Source: Bacteroidia bacterium (GTDB lineage: Bacteria > Bacteroidota > Bacteroidia > NS11-12g > UBA955). From it: a stretch of DNA of 64,000 bases. Of this stretch, positions 1-8,192 are shown in pieces. A program made the position numbers and the translations under genes. The notes under the pieces are model-generated. The model was not told the origin of the DNA and searched no databases. It saw only the letters and a program-made list of their open reading frames with translations. The stretch is from the NCBI GenBank assembly GCA_023228875.1, contig JALOAG010000009.1, positions 22,362 to 86,361 on the forward strand, written 5' to 3'. Each line of letters opens with the position of its first letter. The stretch's first letter is position 1.

Positions 1-2
1 AA

Positions 3-1136
3 GCCTATCAGGAACTGCTTTTTTGGACCTTTGTACAGCAAAAGGATTGGAACGGAGCATTTTTGCAAACACGTGCATTGGATTTGAGAACAGGAAAAAC
101 AGGTCGTAAACTCATTGAACTTGCACAGATTTGTTTGGATAACGATGCTTATGCCACCGCAATAAGATGTTATGAAAATCTGGTAGATAGAGGCAAGGAT
201 TTTTACTACTATAACAATGCGGTGAGTGGTTTGCTCAAAACCAGATTGCTCAAAATTCGCAAGGGGGGCGGTGCAAGCAAAGAGGAGTTAGAGAAATTAG
301 CCCAAGACTACCTTGCATTTCTTCAAGAAAGAGGATTTTTGCCTGGAGCGGAAAATGCCAGACTGGACCTTGCAGACATTTATATTTATTATCTAAACCA
401 GCCTCAAAAAGGAATTGAAGAACTCCAAAAATTCATTGAAACAGCCGGATCCTCAACAATACAAAAAGGAAATGCAAAACTCAAATTGGCTGATGCATAC
501 TTAATTGCTGGCGGTGAGTGGGATGCACATTTATTGTATAAACAGGTGGAAACAGATTTTAAGAATGATCCACTTGGTCAAGAAGCGCGATTCAAATTTG
601 CCAAACTATGTTATTTCAGAGGTGATTTTGAATGGGCGTTAACACAATTGGAAGTGCTGAAAGGAGCAACTACACAGCTAATTTCAAATAATGCAATAGA
701 ACTGTCATTGCAAATTATTGAAAATACAGGATTAGACACTTCTGATGAAGCTCTCAGGAAATATGCTCGCGCGGAGTTCTTACTTTTTCAGAATAAAATT
801 TCGGAGAGTATTGCTGTTTTGGATTCTTTGCAACAGCAATACACATACAATGAGCTTTCGGACGATATTCTCTTTTTGAAAGCAAGAATAACAGAAAAGA
901 CAGGGAATATTGACTCTGCGATAGTTTTCTACAATGACCTAATACAAAAATATTCCTTTGATATTCTAGCAGACGATGCATTGATTTCATTAGCCAGACT
1001 CTATGATTTTAGACTCAATGACAAACAAAAGGCAATGGAAATTTATGAAAAATTGCTGTTGGATTATAGCGGCAGCTTACATTCTTTTGAAGCCCGCAAC
1101 CGTTACAGATATCTTAAAGAGCAAGACAAGACCTAA
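3..1136 (+). CDS. Tetratricopeptide-repeat protein, C-terminal part (5' end lies outside the window)
   Basis: The reading frame is open from base 3 with no upstream stop, and the track 'start' at 63 is a TTG. The product is Leu/Ala/Tyr-rich with repeating helical TPR-like periodicity (LAxxYxxxG motifs). Confidence 0.55.
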   Translation, partial: AYQELLFWTFVQQKDWNGAFLQTRALDLRTGKTGRKLIELAQICLDNDAYATAIRCYENLVDRGKDFYYYNNAVSGLLKTRLLKIRKGGGASKEELEKLAQDYLAFLQERGFLPGAENARLDLADIYIYYLNQPQKGIEELQKFIETAGSSTIQKGNAKLKLADAYLIAGGEWDAHLLYKQVETDFKNDPLGQEARFKFAKLCYFRGDFEWALTQLEVLKGATTQLISNNAIELSLQIIENTGLDTSDEALRKYARAEFLLFQNKISESIAVLDSLQQQYTYNELSDDILFLKARITEKTGNIDSAIVFYNDLIQKYSFDILADDALISLARLYDFRLNDKQKAMEIYEKLLLDYSGSLHSFEARNRYRYLKEQDKT

Positions 1137-1385
1137 TTACAAAAGAGACTTTAATTTAATTCTTTACCTTTTCCAATCCATACATTAGTTCTTATGTATA
1201 GATATGTGTACTTTGTTGTTAGAATGAGTAGTTAAGCAAAATACAAGATAAAATCCACGTGAGCAAGTATTTATAACATATTGATATTTAGTGTTTTTGT
1301 TAGTTAAAAGTAGAAATAGGCAAAAAAGGAATAATAATAAAGAAAATATCTATAATTGTTCCGCAATTTAAATACTATAATCCAA

Positions 1386-2648
1386 ATGAATAGCGAAAAA
1401 ACAAATCCCAAAATGAATCCACTTGATTCTATGATGTCTCGATTTGAAGAAGCTGCAAACAAATTAGGTTTAGATCAAGATCTTTACAACGTTCTCAAAT
1501 ACCCTGCAAAAAGTGTAATTGTACACTTGCCTGTTTTTATGGATAATGGGACTATTCAGGTTTTTGAAGGCTTTAGGGTTGTTCATTCCCAAACTTTAGG
1601 ACCAAGTAAGGGAGGAATTCGTTATTCCATGGATGTACATCTTGATGAAGTAAAAGCATTAGCAGCTTGGATGACATGGAAATGCGCTGTTGTTGGTGTT
1701 CCTTATGGAGGAGGTAAGGGAGGAATTAAATGCGATCCCCGTAAAATGTCAGAGGGAGAGTTGGAAAGACTTACAAGGGCGTATGCTGCGGCTATGCAGC
1801 ACACAATAGGCCCGGATCAAGATATACCTGCACCTGATATGGGAACAGGACAGCAGGAAATGGCATGGATTGTTGATGAATATTCAAAAATTAAAGGGGA
1901 ATGGTCTCCGGCAGTAATTACCGGGAAACCTCTGACTCTTGGTGGATCTGCCGGCAGAGTGGAAGCTACAGGAAGAGGTGTAATGGTAAGTATTAAATGT
2001 GCATTAAAAATACTGGGACTTAATCCCAACCAATGCTCTTGTGTGGTACAAGGGTTTGGAAATGTTGGTTCTATATCGGCATTGTTAATCAGTAAATTGG
2101 GCATTAAGATTGTTGGAATTTCTGATGTTACAGGTGGTTATTTTAATGCGAACGGTTTTAATATTGAGGAAGCCATTCAATATGTTAATAAACACAAAAG
2201 TTTGGAAGGGTATTCAGGAAGTGTGAAAATCTCTAATGAAGAACTCTTAGAGCTTGAATGTGATATTTTAGTTCCTGCTGCTTTAGAAAACCAGATTACC
2301 GAGAATAATGCTTCGAGAATTAAAGCTAAACTTATAGTTGAAGGAGCAAACGGTCCGATTGCTTCTAATGCAGACAAAATTTTGAATGATAACAACGTAC
2401 TTGTTGTGCCGGACATTCTTGCTAATGCAGGAGGTGTTACTGTTTCCTATTTTGAATGGGTGCAAAATAAAATGGGTGATTCGTGGACTGAAGAAAGCGT
2501 ACATGAGAGAGCAGACAAAATTATTACTCAGGCTTTTGATAAGGTTTTTGAGTATTCACAGAAATACAACGTGAATATGCGAATTGCTGCTTATATTTTT
2601 GCAATTGAAAAGGTAGCAATGACTATTAAATTGAGAGGGAAATATTAA
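1386..2648 (+). CDS. gdhA: Glu/Leu/Phe/Val-family glutamate dehydrogenase
   Basis: It has the GGGKGG motif (PYGGGKGGIKCDP). The N-terminus aligns to RocG-type GDH (FEGFRVVHSQTLGPSKGGIRY), and the C-terminal NAD(P)-binding fold has GFGNVG. Start chosen at ATG 1386 (MNSEK); the ORF extends to 1356. Confidence 0.88.
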   Translation: MNSEKTNPKMNPLDSMMSRFEEAANKLGLDQDLYNVLKYPAKSVIVHLPVFMDNGTIQVFEGFRVVHSQTLGPSKGGIRYSMDVHLDEVKALAAWMTWKCAVVGVPYGGGKGGIKCDPRKMSEGELERLTRAYAAAMQHTIGPDQDIPAPDMGTGQQEMAWIVDEYSKIKGEWSPAVITGKPLTLGGSAGRVEATGRGVMVSIKCALKILGLNPNQCSCVVQGFGNVGSISALLISKLGIKIVGISDVTGGYFNANGFNIEEAIQYVNKHKSLEGYSGSVKISNEELLELECDILVPAALENQITENNASRIKAKLIVEGANGPIASNADKILNDNNVLVVPDILANAGGVTVSYFEWVQNKMGDSWTEESVHERADKIITQAFDKVFEYSQKYNVNMRIAAYIFAIEKVAMTIKLRGKY

Positions 2649-2682
2649 AAGTGTTTGTCTTTAGAATGGGTGTCTTTATCCA

Positions 2683-2976
2683 TTAAAGATGTTGTTGAAT
2701 AACCTTGTTTAATTCGTAAGCAGGAACCACACCGGATTGGCGCCATTTCATTTCACCATTTTTAAAAACAATTAGAGTCGGAACTCCTTGTATTTGTAAT
2801 GAAGAAGCTAATTGCGGATTTCTGTCCACATCAATTTTGATAATACTCGCTTGCTCACCAACTTGTTTTTTTAAGTCTTCTAAGATTGGAGCCATCATTT
2901 TACATGGTCCACACCATTCGGCAGAAAAGTCCACCAACACAGGCTTGTTTTGATTAATGATTTCTTGAAACTTCAT
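2683..2976 (-). CDS. trxA: Thioredoxin
   Basis: A 97-aa product with the WCGPC active site and thioredoxin fold length. Confidence 0.9.
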   Translation of the reverse strand: MKFQEIINQNKPVLVDFSAEWCGPCKMMAPILEDLKKQVGEQASIIKIDVDRNPQLASSLQIQGVPTLIVFKNGEMKWRQSGVVPAYELNKVIQQHL

Positions 2977-3169
2977 TTTTTGACTCTTTTTTAAACATTG
3001 AAAATGTCAGTCCTCCCATCAAAGCACCATAAGCAGTGCTGTTCAGTGGTTTTGATGTAATTGCACAAGTGCCGGAATCGCATCCAACATAATACCAATA
3101 AAGAAAACCGGCAACAGCACCTACTACTACTCCAATGATGGTTAATAGGTTGTTCTTGATTATGTTCAT
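2954..3169 (-). CDS. Small membrane protein with a CxxxxC motif (hypothetical)
   Basis: About 71 aa from ATG 3169, with one TM helix followed by [10 protein letters not shown]. Its ATG overlaps the upstream stop (ATGA) at 3166-3169, implying translational coupling with the DUF3365 gene. Confidence 0.4.
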   Translation of the reverse strand: MNIIKNNLLTIIGVVVGAVAGFLYWYYVGCDSGTCAITSKPLNSTAYGALMGGLTFSMFKKESKNEVSRNH

Positions 3170-3774
3170 AGTTCTGTATTTAATTTGATTTTCCATAAGC
3201 CTCTAAGTTGCCCCATTGTGTATCCGGTGGCTTTGTCCAAAGGATATCTGATGTTTATTTCTTTTTGCGTTTCTGCTGCTATATCTTGCCCTTTTACACC
3301 ATGACACGCTAAGCATGTAGGCATTCCAAGCGGTATAGCTTTGAAGTAAAATACTTCATTTTGTTCGCGCATGATCAGATGCTTATTGGCTGCGTTTTCA
3401 TCGCTCATCATGGCAGCAATCTGTGCCCACGCTTGTTTGTCCATTTCGTTCAGCAGTTCATTGTTTTGGTTTCGGGCTTTATCGCTTACTCTGCTGATTT
3501 GTGAAGCATGGAGTATAGAGACAGAATCAGTGAGAGTGATCGCGTTTTCATTGCAAAAGGAAACAGCACCTGCAAAACCATGTTCTTTGATAGCAGAAGA
3601 CACATTAGCTAAAAGGATTTGTTGCGCATGTGTTGCAATACTATCACCCAGTTTCAACATTGCTTGTTCATCAATTGCAGGAGTTGCAGCATCTTCTCTG
3701 ATGAGATTTGATGAACTATTACTGCTACACGAAGCCAATATTCCCAAGATTGCTATGACAAAGATTTTTCTCAT
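3166..3774 (-). CDS. Tll0287-like (DUF3365) c-type heme lipoprotein
   Basis: N-terminal lipoprotein signal (ILASCSS). The C-terminal segment CLACHG...YP.D.ATGY..GQLRG.W matches the DUF3365/Tll0287-like heme-binding signature with a single CxxCH. Confidence 0.6.
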   Translation of the reverse strand: MRKIFVIAILGILASCSSNSSSNLIREDAATPAIDEQAMLKLGDSIATHAQQILLANVSSAIKEHGFAGAVSFCNENAITLTDSVSILHASQISRVSDKARNQNNELLNEMDKQAWAQIAAMMSDENAANKHLIMREQNEVFYFKAIPLGMPTCLACHGVKGQDIAAETQKEINIRYPLDKATGYTMGQLRGLWKIKLNTEL

Positions 3775-4034
3775 TTTATTTCTTCAAAAGTGATATCCTT
3801 ATTTTCGTCTTTCTTTTTTACAACAGGTGTAGTGTTACAGTAAGAACGAGTATTTGCACAACCCATTTTAAATACTCCCATAATAAAAAGCAAACCGCCC
3901 ATCATGGCAAGCACCCATTCTCGCGCCATGAATCCTTGTATGATAATCAATATACCCATGCCTAAATAGAGAACCCTCATTAGGTTCCAACCTTTTAATA
4001 ATTCTTTCATTGTATTGTTTGAATTGGTATTCAT
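3771..4034 (-). CDS. DUF2892-like small membrane protein (YgaP transmembrane-domain-like)
   Basis: An 87-aa product with two TM helices and GxxLxxxG spacing, similar to the second copy at 5629-5853. Confidence 0.45.
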   Translation of the reverse strand: MNTNSNNTMKELLKGWNLMRVLYLGMGILIIIQGFMAREWVLAMMGGLLFIMGVFKMGCANTRSYCNTTPVVKKKDENKDITFEEIK

Positions 4035-4060
4035 GCAAATATACTTCTCTTTATTTTTAA

Positions 4061-4663
4061 TTACTTTTTGATGGCAAGCAGACTGATAATGACAGATTCT
4101 CCTTTCAATACAACACCCTCGTTCATCTTGACTTTAGACTCTCTTGCTTCTATGATTTCAAAATCAGAAAAATCTTCTTGGAGTTGTTTCAGGTCATAAT
4201 AGAGGTCATTTGTATTTGAAGAATGCTCACTTTCAATTGAATTGCCATTGCCAAAACCTTGCATTATCAATGTTCCTCCTTTCTTTAGGTATTGGCTTAA
4301 GCGGTGATGATAAACACTTCTTTTGTGTGGATCAAAATGCGCAAAAATCAATGCCAGCACATCAAAACTGTCTAAAGGTATATCAATTTCTTCAACGCTT
4401 CCAACAATATATTGTATGGATCCGGAAGTGTTTTTCGCTAGAGCCAACGCCTTTTGTCTGGAAATTTCACTCAAATCAAAGGCGGTTACTTCCCAGCCTT
4501 TTTGAGCTGCATATACTGCATTTCTGCCTTCTCCTTCTGCAGGAAACAATATTCTGCCTGTTGAAACGCTGTCTAACTTCTCTTTCAGGTATTGATTGGG
4601 TTCTTTGCCAAATAAATAGACCTCGGTTTCATACAGCTTATCCCAATATGCAGATGTAAACAT
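4061..4663 (-). CDS. TehB-like class I SAM-dependent methyltransferase
   Basis: Its motif I (ILFPAEGEGRNAVYAAQKGWEVTAFD) aligns to TehB ([22 protein letters not shown]). It is about 200 aa, as TehB is. Confidence 0.75.
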   Translation of the reverse strand: MFTSAYWDKLYETEVYLFGKEPNQYLKEKLDSVSTGRILFPAEGEGRNAVYAAQKGWEVTAFDLSEISRQKALALAKNTSGSIQYIVGSVEEIDIPLDSFDVLALIFAHFDPHKRSVYHHRLSQYLKKGGTLIMQGFGNGNSIESEHSSNTNDLYYDLKQLQEDFSDFEIIEARESKVKMNEGVVLKGESVIISLLAIKK

Positions 4664-4672
4664 AGAGAAGGT

Positions 4673-5293
4673 TTATTTTTTTATAGCAAAAATCCTTGTG
4701 AGATTTGATATTCCAACATGATAATCGCCTTCATGCAAGGTGTCAATAATCGTTTCTGCTTCTATGAACTCAAAATTTTCAAAATCTTCTTTCAGTTCTT
4801 GAATATCAAATAACATATCCACATCTGCGGGACCTCCGGCTTTTGGGTTTGTTTGTTGATTTGCTTTGTGTCCTTTGTCAAAACCCTCTAATATAAGAAA
4901 ACCGCCTTTTTTCAAAAAACCGGCTAGTTTTCGGTGTAGCTGTCTCCTCACTGAAGAAGGGAAATGCGCAAAAATCAATGCGAGAGAATCAAATGAATCT
5001 TGTGTGTAATTTACATGTGCAATATCATCAATGGAATATTCCAGTTGTACACTGTGTTTAAGAGCCAATTGTGCAGCCTTTTTCTTGCCTTCTAAACTTT
5101 GGTCAAAAGCAAATACATCCCATCCTAAAGTGGCAGCATACACTGCATTGCGACCTTCACCCTCACAAGGAAACAGTATTTTGCCGGTCTTCATTTCAGA
5201 GAGTTTGGACTTCAAATAAGCATTGGGACTTTCTCCATAAACATAAGAAGACTGTCCAAAGCGTTCATCCCAAAAACTCTTGCTGTCTGCCAC
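4673..5293 (-). CDS. TehB-like class I SAM-dependent methyltransferase (tandem paralog)
   Basis: About 50% identical to the adjacent 4061-4663 product and carries the same GEGRNAVYAA motif. Confidence 0.75.
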   Translation of the reverse strand: MADSKSFWDERFGQSSYVYGESPNAYLKSKLSEMKTGKILFPCEGEGRNAVYAATLGWDVFAFDQSLEGKKKAAQLALKHSVQLEYSIDDIAHVNYTQDSFDSLALIFAHFPSSVRRQLHRKLAGFLKKGGFLILEGFDKGHKANQQTNPKAGGPADVDMLFDIQELKEDFENFEFIEAETIIDTLHEGDYHVGISNLTRIFAIKK

Positions 5294-5622
5294 TACTCTT
5301 CGTTTTGTATTTCGTTTACAATAGCATCAACATTATACCAAGAACCACCATTATAGATATTGCTAATACCTTGCTGTTCTAAGTAACCTTTTGCTTGTGT
5401 GCATCTTCCTCCGCTTTGGCAGAATAATACAATGTTCTTTTTCCCTTTAAATTTTGAGACTTTACCGGGAATGGTGTCTAAAGGAATATTTACGGCACCT
5501 TTAACACTGCCACCTGAAAACTCTCCGGGGGTGCGTACATCTACTAAAAATGCGCCATCTTTTATTACCTCTTTTAATTGTTCATTTTCTGCGCCAAATA
5601 ATGATTTAAAAATTCCAAACAT
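5293..5622 (-). CDS. Single-domain rhodanese sulfurtransferase
   Basis: A 109-aa product with the catalytic loop CQSGGR and the DVRTPGEF motif. Confidence 0.85.
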   Translation of the reverse strand: MFGIFKSLFGAENEQLKEVIKDGAFLVDVRTPGEFSGGSVKGAVNIPLDTIPGKVSKFKGKKNIVLFCQSGGRCTQAKGYLEQQGISNIYNGGSWYNVDAIVNEIQNEE

Positions 5623-5628
5623 GTGTTT

Positions 5629-5853
5629 TTATTGATTAGTTGTTTTGTTATCTGTTTTCTTTGTTGTTGATATTCCTAAAAAGTGCCAAATAGGGCAGAA
5701 ATTTAAGAATGCAGTAAGCAAGAATACTATTGCCAAGATAAGGAAAATAAGCCCGGCTACACCTGTAACTATGTGTAAAAAGTATAACAGTATAAAGATT
5801 ATCGCCAGGATAATACGTGCTATTTTATCTGTACTGCCGATGTTAGCTTTCAT
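5629..5853 (-). CDS. DUF2892 (YgaP-like) membrane protein
   Basis: A 74-aa protein with two TM helices. This family is typically fused or adjacent to rhodanese. Confidence 0.55.
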   Translation of the reverse strand: MKANIGSTDKIARIILAIIFILLYFLHIVTGVAGLIFLILAIVFLLTAFLNFCPIWHFLGISTTKKTDNKTTNQ

Positions 5854-5861
5854 TTTGAATT

Positions 5862-6251
5862 TTATTTAAGGTTTGTAATTACATTTTGTAGTTTCTCGCT
5901 GACTTGAGTAGCAAGTTCGCCAAGATTATCATTAGAGACTGCAATCATGGAAGCAATCGGGTCAATTGCACTCACTTTAATTTTCCCGTCTTCTGTTTCC
6001 TGCACAACTACATTGCAAGGCAACATGGCTCCTATTTCATTTTCCACCGAAAGAGCTTTATGAGCAAAAACCGGATTACAAGCACCCAATATGGTGTATT
6101 TTCTAAACTCAACATCAATCTTCTTTTTGAGCGTGTCTTTGATGTCAATTTCTGTAATCACACCAAACCCTTCTTTTTTTAATTCTTCCTTAGTTTTTGT
6201 TATTGCTCCATCAAAGTCATCATTGACAATAGTTGAAAATGTATAGTTCAT
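5862..6251 (-). CDS. DUF302 domain protein
   Basis: A 129-aa product with the DUF302 pattern GFGVITEIDIKDTLKKK...LGACNP. Confidence 0.7.
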   Translation of the reverse strand: MNYTFSTIVNDDFDGAITKTKEELKKEGFGVITEIDIKDTLKKKIDVEFRKYTILGACNPVFAHKALSVENEIGAMLPCNVVVQETEDGKIKVSAIDPIASMIAVSNDNLGELATQVSEKLQNVITNLK

Positions 6252-6524
6252 AATGTTGTTTGTATAAATGGTTAAAACCGATGCAAAAGTAATCTTAAAA
6301 AAGGAGTTGCTAAGTAACTTAGGTTACAAAGGAGGACAATCAATTTGTGCTGCATTTAATTGTCAAAATTCTATTGATTTTAGTTTACATTTAAGCTAAT
6401 TACCTAAAACTCAAATTGATCAAGTGTTCTACATTTAATGAAAATCACCCAACACGGTGCTTACTCTGTGTCTGTGTGCTTTGGGTTTAGCAACATTTAT
6501 TTGGAATCACAGCAGGTTACAGCG

Positions 6525-7139
6525 TTATACATTGAGTAATCGAAACAGTTCTTTTCTAACTTCCAAGGTTTCAAAATCTCCGCTATATTCTTCGGTTGTG
6601 GTTGTGCTGCTGTCATCTTTAATTCCACGCGAGGCAACACAAAGGTGCTTAGCATTTACAATTACAGCCACATTAGGGGTGTCAAGGGCTTGTTTGAGTT
6701 CTGCAGCAATTTGCATGGTCATACGCTCTTGGACTTGTGGTCTTTTGGCATAATATTCTACAATTCGGTTGAGTTTTGACAGTCCAATTACTTTGCCGTT
6801 TGGGATATAGGCTAAATGAACTTTGCCAAAAAATGGAACAAAGTGATGTTCGCAATGGGTGTAGAAATTGATATCTTTCTCTATCAATATTTTGCGGTAT
6901 TTAAAGTCGTTTACAAAGTGTGTAACTTTAGGTTTGAGCGCTGGGTTTAATCCCCAAAACATTTCTTTTACATACATCTTTGCAACCCTATGCGGTGTTC
7001 CTTTCAAACTGTCATTTTCAAGGTCAAAGCCAAGGGTGTTCATTATTTCTCTAAAATGACTTTCAATGATTTGCATTTTTTCTTCATCCGAAAGCTTAAA
7101 AGCGTCCGGCCGCAGGGGATTATTGATATTATTTTCCAT
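6525..7139 (-). CDS. folE: GTP cyclohydrolase I
   Basis: It has GTPHRVAKMY and CEHHFVPF motifs and is 204 aa. Confidence 0.9.
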   Translation of the reverse strand: MENNINNPLRPDAFKLSDEEKMQIIESHFREIMNTLGFDLENDSLKGTPHRVAKMYVKEMFWGLNPALKPKVTHFVNDFKYRKILIEKDINFYTHCEHHFVPFFGKVHLAYIPNGKVIGLSKLNRIVEYYAKRPQVQERMTMQIAAELKQALDTPNVAVIVNAKHLCVASRGIKDDSSTTTTEEYSGDFETLEVRKELFRLLNV

Positions 7140-7548
7140 TAACTGTTACGATATTTCTGGGTGTTTCGGCAAGAGTAACCGTAAGTTCTATCTCTTTTTC
7201 TATGTGTGATCTTAGTTTTTGCCAAATAACAGAAGCAATATTTTCGGCTGTTGGGTTTAAGTGTCTGAACTCAAGCGTATCTAAATTAAGATTTTTATGG
7301 TCAAAAGATTGGGTTACTTCTTCCTCAATCATTTTTTTTAGTTTACTGATATCAAATGCGTATCCTGTGAGCGGATCAATCTCTCCGGTAACACTTACCT
7401 CAAGTTCATAATTATGTCCGTGATAGTTAGGATTGTTACACAGTCCAAAAAACTCCCGATTTTTCTCATCAGACCATGAAGGGACGTGCAGTCTGTGTGC
7501 GGCATTAAAATGGGCTTTACGGGTAATTGTTGCTTTCACTTGGCGCAA
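7129..7548 (-). CDS. 6-pyruvoyl-tetrahydropterin / 6-carboxytetrahydropterin synthase family (PTPS/QueD)
   Basis: It has the NAAHRL and CxxxxxHGHNY motifs. It overlaps folE by 11 bp, which places the two in one operon. Confidence 0.8.
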   Translation of the reverse strand: MRQVKATITRKAHFNAAHRLHVPSWSDEKNREFFGLCNNPNYHGHNYELEVSVTGEIDPLTGYAFDISKLKKMIEEEVTQSFDHKNLNLDTLEFRHLNPTAENIASVIWQKLRSHIEKEIELTVTLAETPRNIVTVNGK

Positions 7549-7613
7549 AAATAGGTAATTGAAAGGAATATTCTAAATGCCTGCGATCGGCTAAGCTCTG
7601 TTTGATGATGTGT

Positions 7614-8183
7614 TTATAGCTGTGTTACGCCACCGGACGCAACAAACTTCATTAAATCAGCCGGATTTCCATCTATGGGTTTGATTTTGCTCGTATGTAT
7701 AATGTATAGATGACCAGAGAATGTGTAGGAGAAAGGAATATAGACAGAGCAATATCCTTCCATTTTTAAATCTTGCAGGCTTTCAGATGTAACAAAACCT
7801 ATTTTATATACTGTATCGCCTTCTACATTGATCATCACCGGTTTGTTGAATTTCTTTTTATCACCAACAAATGCTTGCAATAAGTCTTTTATTGATGTGT
7901 AAATCAATTTGATACCGGGTGTTTTTTCAATTAAAGTTTCTATCAAATTGATAACCGGTTTTGTGATAAGGCTGGTTCCGAACATCCCTATTACCAAGAT
8001 GAAACCTATTAACAAAAGAACCCCAAGTCCGGTATATTTAAACCCTAACAGCCCGTCAAGCCATGCAAAAATTGTAACGAGCAAATACACTGTAATTGCC
8101 AATGGCAGCACTATCAAGAGTCCCCTGAAGAACCATGTAAGCAGTTTGTTTGTTATATGAGAATAATTGTTGTGTTGTGGCAT
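7614..8183 (-). CDS. DUF502 family membrane protein
   Basis: N-terminal TM pair, a FRGLL...LP motif and a C-terminal SGGV. Confidence 0.65.
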   Translation of the reverse strand: MPQHNNYSHITNKLLTWFFRGLLIVLPLAITVYLLVTIFAWLDGLLGFKYTGLGVLLLIGFILVIGMFGTSLITKPVINLIETLIEKTPGIKLIYTSIKDLLQAFVGDKKKFNKPVMINVEGDTVYKIGFVTSESLQDLKMEGYCSVYIPFSYTFSGHLYIIHTSKIKPIDGNPADLMKFVASGGVTQL

Positions 8184-8192
8184 AATTGAAAT

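Noticed and set aside
754-990. Minus-strand 78-aa ORF inside the TPR gene, and many similar antisense or nested ORFs in the track (for example 1817-2104, 3371-3793, 9860-10195, 19995-20333, 44418-44750)
   Set aside because: Each lies entirely within a strongly supported gene on the opposite strand, has no recognisable domain, and has odd composition. These are shadow ORFs.
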